Assembly (NCBI GenBank): GCA_002269645.1
Contig: NIVC01001433.1
Location: 186,001 to 250,000, forward strand
Length of the DNA stretch: 64,000 bases
From: Macrostomum lignano
Taxonomy: Eukaryota
Reading direction: 5' to 3'
Translations under genes and position numbers: made by a program
Notes under the pieces: model-generated
The model's database searches: none
The model's input: the letters and a program-made list of their open reading frames with translations, nothing else
Told to the model about the DNA's origin: nothing
Part shown: piece after piece, positions 24,801 through 35,100 of the stretch
Layout of the letters: each line of letters begins with the position of its first letter
Position numbering within the stretch: the stretch's first letter is position 1

Positions 24801-27080
24801 CGTTAGTTCGGACAATAATTAGCACAGCCTCTGACCACCATTCAACTCCGGAGGGCCGGTCACCGGGCTTGCCCGGATACAACCGCCTGGGCACGCCAAG
24901 CACTCTGGTGCGAGACAGATGCGGACTCCGAACACTCGACAGGCACTGTTCGGCTAGGGAAAATGTTGCTATCAAATTCCCAGCCGGAAATGTCCAAACA
25001 GACACGCAGCCGTAGGCGTAACTAGCGGCTAATTTGAAACCGTCCGGCGATAGGGCCATAGAGGTGACGCAATCGGTTCGACTGCGATTGCGCAATAGTA
25101 CAGAGGCTAGTAAACGGCGGGATCGGCCAAGCTCAATCATGTCCTCCTCTAGGGCTAGGGAGGCCTACGAAATGATAGTTATAATTAAGCAAATAAATAA
25201 ATATTCCAGGTGCTTTTGGTTTTTGGCCGCGGCTTAGGGCTCCCACATAGAATGTACATAGTCCTTAAACAACAACCCTAGAATGTACACAGCTTAACAA
25301 ACCTCTACCCCACAATGTACAGTCCCTAACCAACCTTTACCCCAAAATGTACAGTCCCTAACCAACCTCTACCCTTCAATGTACACAGTCCCTAACCAAC
25401 CTCTACCCTTCAATGTACACAGTCCCTAACCAACCTCTACCCTTCAATGTACACAGTCCCTAACCAACCTTTACCCTTCAATGTACACAGTCCCTAACCA
25501 ACCTTTACCCTTCAATGTACACAGTCCCTAACTAATCAACTTCTAGAGCACAATGTGCACAGCCATTAGCCAATTGATTAAATTTTACATTCAATTCGCT
25601 ATCTCACCTTAATAAATGGAAACTCGCTGATCCTACGCCACAACTGAATACCGTGCTGTAGCGGAGCAGACAGGGTAGGACTATGCCGCATAGTACAAGT
25701 GCCAAGAGCCAGAGTGCCTGACACAGAATCGTAGCAGCCGCAAAACACCGGTTGGCCAGCAACTCGGTCGCGTATATTATAAGCGCTTAAACACTGCGGC
25801 GATTCAGTTTGAGGAAACTGTTGCTGTTGTTGCTGCTGCTGCTGCGGCGGCTGTTGCAGATCCAATAGAAACTGCTTTAACATGCCGGATATGGACACTG
25901 TGAAAAGTACAATCACTCCGCCGCTGGTAGAGCCGTCGTCTCCGCCGCCGCCAGATTCTAGCATTAAGAAGGCCAGAGGACAGCCCGACGGATTGTCGGT
26001 CACCTGCGCGGGCGGGGTACCAAATGAATAGTTACGAGTAGTGTATTTCAATCGAACAATTTCAATTTAGGAATAACAACACTTGAAACTCAGAATCCAG
26101 AAATTTCAAACTAAGAATCCCACGACTAATCAGATCAGCTTTCTAAGACTCCATCTCAGCAACTCAGGACTCCCAACTCAGCATCATACGGCTCCATTAT
26201 AGAATCTTGGAATTCCAACTCAGCATCCCAAGACTCCTAACTCAGCATTCCAAGACTTACAACTCAGCATCCCAAGACTCCCATCTCAGCATCCTAAGAC
26301 TCCCAACTCAGCATCCCAAGACTACAACTCAGCATCCCAAGACTACAACTCAGCATCCCAAGACTACAACTCAGCATCCCAAGACTACAACTCAGCATTC
26401 CAAGACTCCCAACTCAACATCATACGGACGGCTTTATCATAGAATCCTGGAATTCCAACTCCGCATCTGATTAAGTCTCAATTTAGAAAAGCCTGTAGAA
26501 ATCCCCTCACCTGTTCAGGCGCCAGTTCGCATAATTTCTGTCCTCGAATGTTAAACACAAGGACGCCACCGTTGCTATTAGCAACGGCAATGCATTGGGA
26601 ATCGGCCGACCAGCTCATCAGTCGCCATTGACAAAACTGATCTGGCGGCGTTGCTATGACAACTAAAGCTTCATCTAGGCCTCTCTTTAAACTATACAGC
26701 TCTAATTGGCGACGTTTTAACAAAGCTAATCGTCGACCGTTCGGCGACACGGCGATAATCCATGGCAGTCTGGTAGCTCTGTGCTCCTCAATCTCCGGCG
26801 GAACTAATTGAGGCGACACGCTCAACCAGAGTTTGTTCATCAACTGGCCGGACAGACTGTCAGCCACTGGCCGAAGCGGCGATTGTTGTCCGAGGCCAGT
26901 GTCGGCCAAATATTCGTCGTAGTCTTCGTCTACTCGACATTCTTTGAGCAGTTTTCTGAAGTAATGCAACGTATCGTCATCGTTGCTAGCGCAGGCGCTT
27001 GAAGAATCAGCAGCTGCTGCAGCAGCGGCCGGAGATACTGGAGAAGACGGCATCAATTCTTCTCGACGCGATGTCTGCAT
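6854..27080 (-). CDS. NBAS: NBAS (neuroblastoma-amplified sequence / Sec39-domain protein), 14 exons, ~2593 aa, with two 1-nt frameshifts as assembled
   Basis: Exons 27080-26511, 26003-25608, 25164-24628, 22914-22213 (acceptor less certain), 21199-21077, 20648-20154, 16543-15264, 14680-14132, 13438-12868, 12475-12061, 10782-10164, 9794-9645, 8744-8020 and 7501-6854. All introns are GT-AG and phase-compatible if one base is added near 13410 and one near 10287. NBAS hallmarks: QWRLMSWSADSQCIAVANSNG, YGEALLLARNYGLDTDLVYQRQW, HWVLHECLHRVP, QRFASDADYRTDTVLGLA, RYSISDWEVCATHL. Confidence 0.93.
7600..7975. repeat. ~37-bp minisatellite, NBAS intron 13
   Basis: Unit CAGCACACTGACATTACAGACTGA(T/C)AGAACATCAAAA. 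Confidence 0.9.
8805..9580. repeat. 31-bp minisatellite x~25, NBAS intron 12
   Basis: Unit AAGGATTGAGCAATCGGTGCGGTAGAGATCA. Confidence 0.95.
9890..10085. repeat. ~32-bp minisatellite x~6, NBAS intron 11
   Basis: Unit CACACCTGTTGTCTATGAGTACACGCTTGTGT alternating with a variant. Confidence 0.9.
10960..12000. repeat. 23-bp minisatellite x~40, NBAS intron 10
   Basis: Unit CCGCCCTCCACTACAGACTCAAT. Confidence 0.95.
13545..13950. repeat. Polypurine (GA-rich) tract, NBAS intron 8
   Basis: About 400 bp made almost only of G/A on the + strand, with recurring GAAAGAGGGTGAG. Confidence 0.85.
14830..15240. repeat. 27-bp minisatellite, NBAS intron 7
   Basis: Unit GAAATCCCAACTAGAGATTCCCCACAG, degenerate toward the left. 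Confidence 0.88.
16934..17128. mobile_element. 195-bp MITE with perfect 18-bp terminal inverted repeats
   Basis: GGGCCGTATGCAGAAAGC (16934-16951) is the exact reverse complement of GCTTTCTGCATACGGCCC (17111-17128). TAGTCCGG is present subterminally in both arms. No clear TSD. Confidence 0.8.
17297..19420 (+). pseudogene. Degraded EnSpm/CACTA (CMC)-type transposase in NBAS intron 6
   Basis: Frameshifted and stop-riddled remnants of family motifs in the expected order: NIDGLHLYKSSSASLWPIL (~18105-18165), FICDAPMRAFIQCIAGHTSTNGCGYC (~18330-18410), FPLDY, FPCEFQRATR, YGPLG..F.FENYLGRLK (~19045-19100). Element ends were not found. Confidence 0.8.
19590..20090. repeat. 24-bp minisatellite x~19, NBAS intron 6
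   Basis: Unit TTGATCATAGAGACACTCCTATTA; it yields the spurious LLLIIETL ORF. Confidence 0.95.
20760..20950 (+). mobile_element. tRNA-derived SINE-like element, NBAS intron 5
   Basis: A-box-like TAGCAAAGTAG, anticodon-loop-like CTCAAGA and B-box GGTTCGATTCC, but no complete cloverleaf. A non-tRNA body follows; the 3' end is uncertain. Confidence 0.6.
21240..22140. repeat. ~43-bp G-rich minisatellite x~20, NBAS intron 4
   Basis: Unit AAGTGGCAACCAACTGAAGGATCAGGGAGGGTGGGAAGGGGCA, plus a slightly longer variant recurring about every third unit. Confidence 0.95.
23030..24510. repeat. 16-bp minisatellite x~90, NBAS intron 3
   Basis: Unit CTGACCTGATCACTCT with periodic variant blocks. Confidence 0.97.
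25270..25530. repeat. 34-bp minisatellite x~7, NBAS intron 2
   Basis: Unit AATGTACACAGTCCCTAACCAACCTCTACCCTTC. Confidence 0.9.
26150..26460. repeat. 21-bp minisatellite, NBAS intron 1
   Basis: Unit CCCAAGACTACAACTCAGCAT. Confidence 0.88.
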
Positions 27081-28085
27081 GTAGCCAGTGGGCCGATATG
27101 TATCGAAAATGTTTAACTAGACTAAGGAAAAATCGCACATACTTATTGAATACGTGTTTAGCTACCCTTAATAAAAATTGCACATCTGCATTAAAAAGTT
27201 TCACTTAGCGAAACTGCCGATATGTATCGAAGCTACATTTCACCTACTTAAAGAAAAAGCCGATATGTATCGAAACTACGTTTTACTTACTTAAAGAAAA
27301 AGCGTCGAAAATATGTCTAATTTTTTTAGGAAGAAGCCGACCGATATGTATCAATAATATGTTCTTCTGGCCAAAGGAAAAGATGGATGTTTCTTTTGTA
27401 CAGGTCTATATTTATTTAAATTACTATTTTTATCCTAATTTAAACTTGAAAGCATAGAATCTAAGGATAGAAAGGGAAGCTACTTCTTAAGGATAGAAGG
27501 TGGTGGTGAATGTTTTTGGTCAATTGCCTGAACAATGAGTTTTCCAATACTATCCTTACTAAACTGCTCAAAATAAATAAAATTAACCAGATACTTGTTG
27601 CACCATAAAAACAGTGATAAAGAAACTTAATTACAGTAAGCACAGACAAACACAAGCATGTTTTATTGTTTTGCCTGTCGGACAATTTGCTGCAGATTGA
27701 ACCGGTTCATTTGAATGCAAAAAGTTACCTATATTCCGGACAGGACTTGTCAAATTATCATTAATTAATAATTAGCAGTACATACAACAGGGCTTCAACA
27801 AAAACTTTACCAACACGAATAGTTGTTAAAATGTTAATAAAACGCGATGACAGGCCTATAAGTTATTGCAAACCAACTACCTAGTAAAAACGCACGCGTT
27901 TTTTTAAAAATGCCTCAAAAAAGATGCTTTTACTACTTATTAAACTACTTTTATTACTAACAGTGTAAGTAGTGCGTTGCGGCAATGAAATTTGTCCACT
28001 TTAATTTCTGTTAAAAAACGAGATTTAAAAAGATTTTATTAACTGGTTGGTCAAAGTTCATGCACAGAGACACGGGCTCGTGCGT

Positions 28086-30999
28086 TCAGATAAGATCGGC
28101 AACGTTCATTGGCATCTCGTCAATCTGGGTTGAGTAGTACTGCTCAATATCTCGCAGAATTTTGATGTCGTCAGTTTTCACAAAGCTAATAGCGACTCCA
28201 CGGCGGCCGAATCGACCAGATCGACCAATTCGATGAATGTAGAGCTCGCGATTATTAGGCAGATCGTAATTAATGACCAGAGACACCTGCTTGACATCGA
28301 TGCCGCGAGCCCACACGTCGGTGGTAATTAACAGGCGGGTAACTGTGGCGCGAAAGTCTTTCATAATTGCTTCGCGCTCCTTCTGCGGCATGTCGCCGTG
28401 CATCATGGAGACTGTGAAGTTCGCCTCCTGCGGGTTGGTGCGTTGCGGTTCGGATTGAGAGGAATTAGCACGCCGATGGGCTAGAGATGGAGTGACAGAC
28501 GACTGATGGACAAAGAGAGACGAAAGTGACAGGCAACTGATGGACAAAAAGATACGGAAGTGACAGGCAACTGATGGACAAAAAGAAACGGAAGTGACAG
28601 ACAACTGATGGACAAAAAGAAACGGAAGTGACAGGCAACTGATGGACAAAAAGAAACGGAAGTGACAGGCAACTGATGGACAAAAAGAAACGGAAGTGAC
28701 AGGCAACTGATGGACAAAAAGAAACGGAAGTGACAGGCAACTGATGGACAAAAAGAAACGGAAGTGACAGGCAATTGATGGACAAAAAGAAACGGAAGTG
28801 ACAGGCAACTGATGGACAAAAAGAAACGGAAGTGACAGGCAACTGATGGACAAAAAGAAACGGAAGTGACAGGCAACTGATGGACAAAAAGAAACGGAAG
28901 TGACAGGCAACTGATGGACAAGAAGAAACGGAAGTGACAGGCAACTGATGGAGGAACATGTGGAAGACAGACAATTGAAGGACAAAGCGTACGAAGTTTC
29001 GGCAGGGCCCAAAGCCCTTTGCAAACTAACTGAGCAAAGCAAAATTAGCAGCCATTCACTTTAACAGCTTACCAACATCTTCTCGGCAAGCCATTCAACC
29101 TTGCGCTTCGTATTGCAAAAGATCACGGCCTGCGAGATAGTCATGGTGCCGTACAGGTCAATAAGCGTGTCGTATTTCCACTCTTCGCGTTCGACGGCAA
29201 CAAAGAATTGTCGAATACCCTCCAGGGTAAGCTCGTCGCGTTTCACCAGGATGCGAACTGGATTGCTCATGAATTTTGATGTCATCTCAAGGATCTCGTG
29301 CGGCAGAGTGGCACTTACGAGGACAACCTAAGCATTGGGGTTAGAGTAAAGTTAAGAATAACAATAAGAATGTACTATTATCTGATTAAAATGGAATTTT
29401 GAGGTGCGAGTGTACATTGACGCTAGACGGAATATGGGGGTTGGGAGGTGTGCATACATTGGGGCTAGACGGAATGGGGTTGGGAGGCGTGTGTACACTG
29501 GGGGTAGACGGAATGGGGTTGGGAGGCGTGTGTACACTGGGGGTAGACGGAATGGGGTTGGGAGGCGTGTGTACATTGGGGCTAGACGGAATGGGGTTGG
29601 GAGGCGTGTGTACACTGGGGGTAGACGGAATGGGGTTGGGAGGCGTGTGTACACTGGGGGTAGACGGAATGGGGTTGGGAGGCGTGTGTACTCGTATGTG
29701 TACATCGGGACTAGGCAAAAGTGTACATATTTTAGCCATATTTCTGTGCACATTTAACCAAAAATTTTCACCTGAGTCCCAGGTGGCAAATAGCGATAGA
29801 CATCGTAAATTTGCTCCTTAAATCCTTTATCAAGCATTTCGTCGGCCTCGTCCAAGATTAGCATTCGAATAGCCCGTGTTCGGAGGTTCCGCCGGCGAAT
29901 CATGTCCAACACGCGACCGGGAGTGCCGGCAACAATGTGCTGGCCGTAGTCCAACTTGCGCATATCCTCGCCAACGTTTGTACCGCCGTAGGAGGCGTGG
30001 CATTGAACGTTCATGTAGTCGCCGATGGCTAGCACCACCTTAACAGGGTTTGAATTTGTTTTGAAAGGCAGTTTTGTGAGCCGCAGAAACTACTTATAGT
30101 CTCTATAAATATCCGCTCCGATACGCATCTTCTAAAACCATAATACGGCTTTATAACCCCACAGATCTCGATTAGTAATCCCACTAAGCATCATTCTCCT
30201 AATCTACAATCCACTCTAAGCCTCATGCTCCTAATCTACAATCCACTCTAAGCCTCGAGCTCCTAATCTACAATCCACTCTAAGCCTCATGCTCCTAATC
30301 TACAATCCACTCTAAGCCTCATGCTCCTAATCTACAATCCACTCTAAGCCTCATGCTCCTAATCTACAATCCACTCTAAGCCTCATGCTCCTAATCTACA
30401 ATCCACTTTAAGCCTCGAGCTCCTAATCTACAATCCACTCCTAATCTACAAGCCTCATTCTGGTAATATATAATCCACTCTAATCCCCCATTCTCTTAAT
30501 CTATAATCCGCTCTAAGACCTATTCCCTTAATCTATAGTACCTATCTCTATTCTCATCTTGTAGATTCACTGACTAATCGTATATATTTTAATAACAGAC
30601 TTGCATATTCAGTACTATGAGCAGCAACCAACAGCATTTGCAATTTACCTTCTGAATCTGCGAGGCCAGCTCTCTAGTAGGCGCCATTATGAGCACCTGA
30701 GTCTCCCTAGTCTGCGTATCGATCACCTGCAGAGCCGAAATGGAGAAAGTAGCCGTTTTACCGGTGCCACTCTGAGCCTGAGCGATAACATCACGGCCGC
30801 TAACAATCTGTTTAATAGCTCTCTGCTGTATAGCCGATGGCCGTTCGAAGCCGTACGCGTAGATACCGCGCAACAGTTCCGGTTTCAGCTTCATATCCTC
30901 GAAGCTAACAGCAATGGTGACATCTTCGGACGTTTCAAATTCGATGTTTTTCATGTCCTCGTCTAAGCCTCCTTCGTCGCTTCGGTGAGCTCGCGCCAT
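28086..30999 (-). CDS. EIF4A3: Eukaryotic initiation factor 4A-III (DDX48, exon junction complex DEAD-box helicase), 4 exons, 404 aa
   Basis: Exons 30999-30649, 30038-29772, 29327-29073 and 28427-28086, all phase 0 GT-AG. Motifs [26 protein letters not shown] and [10 protein letters not shown]. The N-terminal EFETSEDV and C-terminal [13 protein letters not shown] are diagnostic of eIF4A3 rather than eIF4A1/2. Confidence 0.97.
28490..28970. repeat. 34-bp minisatellite x~13, EIF4A3 intron 3
   Basis: Unit GTGACAGGCAACTGATGGACAAAAAGAAACGGAA. Confidence 0.95.
29400..29690. repeat. 39-bp minisatellite x~7, EIF4A3 intron 2
   Basis: Unit GGGGGTAGACGGAATGGGGTTGGGAGGCGTGTGTACACT. Confidence 0.93.
30180..30530. 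repeat. 32-bp minisatellite x~8, EIF4A3 intron 1
   Basis: Unit CTCCTAATCTACAATCCACTCTAAGCCTCATG. Confidence 0.93.
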
Positions 31000-31080
31000 T
31001 TTTTCTCTTGCAATAAACACATGCAACAAATAGATAGATACATGTTGATAACATGTCAATAAATGGATTTACTATCCAAG

Positions 31081-31590
31081 GAGGGCAGGGAAAACCAAGA
31101 CGACAACCACCGTCTGGTGAGGCTATTCATGCCTAGGTCGCAAATCACAACCCATTTTAACAGGTGGCTCCACCAGCAACACCAGCTCCACTGGAGCAGT
31201 TGCACTGACTATAGGCAAACCTGAACCGGGAAGTCTCCGAATATCTGATCTCATTTAACAGAACCAATCTCAGGGAGATGCGCATGGTCCTAACCGGCCA
31301 TGGATTCTTTCAGAGACATATCTCGTCGCAAACTGGTTGCCCTCCCACCGATCCTTTCTGTGGTATAGAAGAGAGGAGACTGCAGAGCATGACGTCACCT
31401 TCAGTACTTTAGAGGATGGACGACCTGACTACCCCACCCCGGACAACATCCGTGACCTTCGTCCGAAATAACGGCCAGATGAGGGTCACCGATGCCTCCT
31501 CTGCAAAGCTCCCGACTACAATCCCGCAATGGGGACTTCGCGGCTTAATCGCGACGCCTGCGCCCCCCCCATTAGTAAGTAAGTAATAAA
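31081..31590 (+). mobile_element. 5'-truncated non-LTR retrotransposon 3' end (LOA/R1/I-like ORF2 C-terminus)
   Basis: Disrupted translation [19 protein letters not shown] ... [12 protein letters not shown] ... CG..EETAEH resembles the C-terminal zinc-knuckle region of LINE ORF2. It ends in a short (TAAG)n tail at about 31573-31586. Confidence 0.65.
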
Positions 31591-31954
31591 ATGTCGCATC
31601 TATAATCATACTACTAAGCTGGGTAACCTCAAGTATACTACGAAAACTACATGTAACTAAAATGTGGCAAAACAAACACAAACAATGATTTGAAATTAAC
31701 TCAAGGTGGTGAAATTTTTCCAACATTTATTTACTGTTTTAAGCAGGCAATACAAGCAATATAGTAAACAGAATATGTAGTTGTAATAGTAATTCTACCA
31801 TTGATAGGACGCCGGAAAAAGAACACCCGGAAAAGCTACAAAAACTCTACAATTTCTAGTTGCTAAATTTTTTAAAAGGATTCCTATCCTAAAACAAAGG
31901 TGTCCACAGTTTAAAGTGTAATTCTATCTAATCGATTACGAAGTTGTCAATAAA

Positions 31955-32170
31955 TCAATAGTGCCAGGGATCTTCTCCTTCTGGCACCTTTCGATTCCTG
32001 TACAGTGCCGTTTGACCTTTAATGTAAGCGAAATGCTGCCTATAGGGCTTGTGCACTACATAATAGTAAAACACTGAGACTCCCACAGATAGCAGCAAAG
32101 GCTTATAAATGCCAGGAATCCGACGCAGAATCATCCTAGGCAGACTGTACTTGCCACCATACTGCACCAT
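31955..32170 (-). CDS. Small 71-aa single-pass membrane protein, possibly a respiratory-chain accessory subunit (COX6C-like)
   Basis: Intact ATG-to-stop ORF with non-repetitive composition: basic N-terminus (LPRMILRRIPG), one hydrophobic segment (PLLLSVGVSVFYYYVV) and a basic tail. The resemblance to COX6C is by eye only. Confidence 0.55.
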   Translation of the reverse strand: MVQYGGKYSLPRMILRRIPGIYKPLLLSVGVSVFYYYVVHKPYRQHFAYIKGQTALYRNRKVPEGEDPWHY

Positions 32171-35100
32171 GCTTGCTTGATGTTGGACTTCAGTCTTCTT
32201 ATTGCTTGCAAGATTGTTTCACTCACTGACTGATGTCAGCATGCAATTAAATGATTTCTTAATTACTTTCAATGCACTTTTATTGGTTCATTTTTCAAGT
32301 TTTTCATTTTTCATTTGTGACCTTAAAAAGAAAACAATAAACCAAAATAAACTGCTAGGAGTTTTAGATTAGTAGTTAGAGTATCTGACTCATGACTGGA
32401 AAGTCAGGGGTTCAATTCTCAACCCACTTAGAATGATTTGTGTTCTTAAGCAAGACACTTAACTCTGCATTGCTTTAGTGTAATAAGTTGTAAAATATGT
32501 ATCAAAATTTGTTTTTTTTGGTAGGTCACAAAACTTGGCCAGTGTAATTTTAGAGACTGCACATGTATATCAATGTAACTTGGGTTTTAAGAAAATATAT
32601 TCCAATGTGTGCAGAACAATCTTTCTAACTAATGACTGGCACCAAATTATAGATTGTCACACAATAGGAAATTCTAGCAAAGCCAGGTTGGATTTGGGAT
32701 TGGAATTATCATTAAGTGCTAATATAAATTTATTGCAAAATAGCCAAGGGCCTTTAAAACTTAAATATTTAAATAGATATTCTATATAGCACCTTAGCCA
32801 ACAAGATCAATACTTGAATCAAATCTTATTTAACAAAAATTTATTCCATTTTTAAACTTTAATTCTAACAATTTCTGTTTCAGTATAAGGATGACTTTAA
32901 ATTTATTTTTTTGCAAAAATAGGTCCAGAGATTAGAATTAATTGGGTTCATAATCTATGGATTTCAATAGCTTGTTTGATATTAAATACTAATAATAAAC
33001 TAGATATTATTGTTACTATGGAGACAAATAGTTACTTATTTATTTATATAGTATATTCATATGCTAGAAGCCTATACAAGTATTGCCAATGTAATATAAC
33101 ATAGGGCCTATTTAATAATATAGTAGCCTATTACGGCTATTATTTCACAATTAGTAATACTTGTATTATATATACCTAATCTACAGTCTAAAAAGTGGCC
33201 TTTATATTAGAAAATTATATAATTTTTTTTAATAATATTCTTGGCATATACTTGGCAAAAATTTAAAATCATGCATTTGTTTATATATAGACAAAGTTGA
33301 TATATAAAAAATAGCACAAGTTTAGGTTTGGCATTTATAAAATAAAGTTACATTTTGATAAAAAATGAAAGAAAACTTTTTTTAAATAAATGGAGAATTA
33401 AATGATAATAATATGCAACTTACTAAAGAAAAAAAAAGTAGGACATAAAATAGAAAATTAAAACTTATAGAAAGAGTAGACTTTATAGTTTAACAAAATA
33501 TATATCATAAAATTGGAAACAAATACAATGTTTTTAAATAAATATCTCTCCAAAAAATATAAGCTATAGTCTAGACTATAATATTTAATATTTTACTATG
33601 TTATTATCTATTCTAATCCATAGTTAGAAAGATAGCTGGCTTTTAAATAGAAAATGTAAGAAAAAATTAGCCTTGGTTTTTGGAATTAGATAGAAAAAAA
33701 TAGGGCAGAATTCAAAGGCTAGGCAAGGTAGGCCCTAAAGCAAGGCAAAGGCAGGTTAGAGCAAGGTAAGGTGTGGATAAGGAGCAAGGTGAGACAAGGC
33801 AAGTAGCTATATAGTCTGGGTTCTTGGGCCATGTAGGATTTTTTAGATTTTTGGCATTAGAGGCTTAAGGCTTAAGTAGGGCCTAGGCCCTATTAAATAG
33901 CAAAAATTGACAATGTTAGGTCCTAATAATAAGTCCTAGACAGTCTTATTCCCACAATAATATAGGGGCTTAGTTTATTGCATACATGTTTAATGTCAAT
34001 GAGCCTTGGAAATATCTATCCTTGAGAATTTGGCTAGTTGCCAATAGGCCTAGCCTACAACCAAAAATAGGCCTAGCCATTGGCAACTGGATTTCTAACT
34101 TTAAAAAACACAGATTTTATTTATAACAAATTAATATTGTACTAGATTAAAATTGCATTAGGCCATACTTGGATTTGGAATGCTATATGCCTAACTCCAA
34201 TACTGTAGACATTGTCATTAGCTTAGCATGAATTGAAAATCTGAAAATTTTTATGGCAGACAAAGTGACCAAATTGCCTAGCAGATAAAATGATTAATAC
34301 TAACGAATATTAGTAGACAATAATATGGCAAACAAAATGTAGTAGGCAAAAATCACTATCAACCCTAGCATAGCACAAGTACTAGGTAGGCCCCCTAAGC
34401 CTAAGGCAACACTGCAAGCTGCAACAGCAAGAGGGTACCAATGTATCATACAATACAACTAAGGGGCAGGACAGAATAAGCAAGGAAGTTTAGATAGGTT
34501 GACATTTCCATATAGGCCAATCTAAAAAAATCTCTAAATAATTTTAATTTATAACTAAAAAATATTTATTTTACCTATGCCAGTAGGTAGGGCCTACACA
34601 ATCAATTTCAGAAAATTTAGGCTGATAGATAATTTACATATATGAATACCAATGTGTGATGTGAGAATTTCTGTCAACAAATTGCTCACTAAGATTTGTT
34701 TACAAGAAATTTTCCTGTCAATATTTGCCTGACAAGCTTTTCCCTGTAATTTTTCATAAAGACAAAATGACACATGTTAGATTAAATTGTTACGGTAGAC
34801 GAAATCGCCACCGGAGATGGCTCTGCTCCCCATAATATTAGCAGACGAAAGTGCGGTGCGGCAGGCAGTGGCACATAAAAAACGTGTAGGCCTAAACAGT
34901 AACAGTAATAAGTATTCGGCGCCTCAGCCATTGATTAGGCTCTTACGTAGGCCTAAACGTCGCCTGCCTGTTGTATAAAAATTGGCCTATTTCTTTTTCT
35001 AAGATTCTTTAAAATTTTAAATGTATAGTTTAACAAACTTAATTTGTAATAACTTTACTAAAAGGTAAATTTATAAAAAAAACTAATAAAAAATTCCTAA

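Noticed and set aside
28428-29821. Repeat-rich N-terminal extension of the eIF4A3 ORF and neighbouring ORFs
   Set aside because: They fall in introns 2-3; canonical phase-0 splice sites give a normal 404-aa protein.
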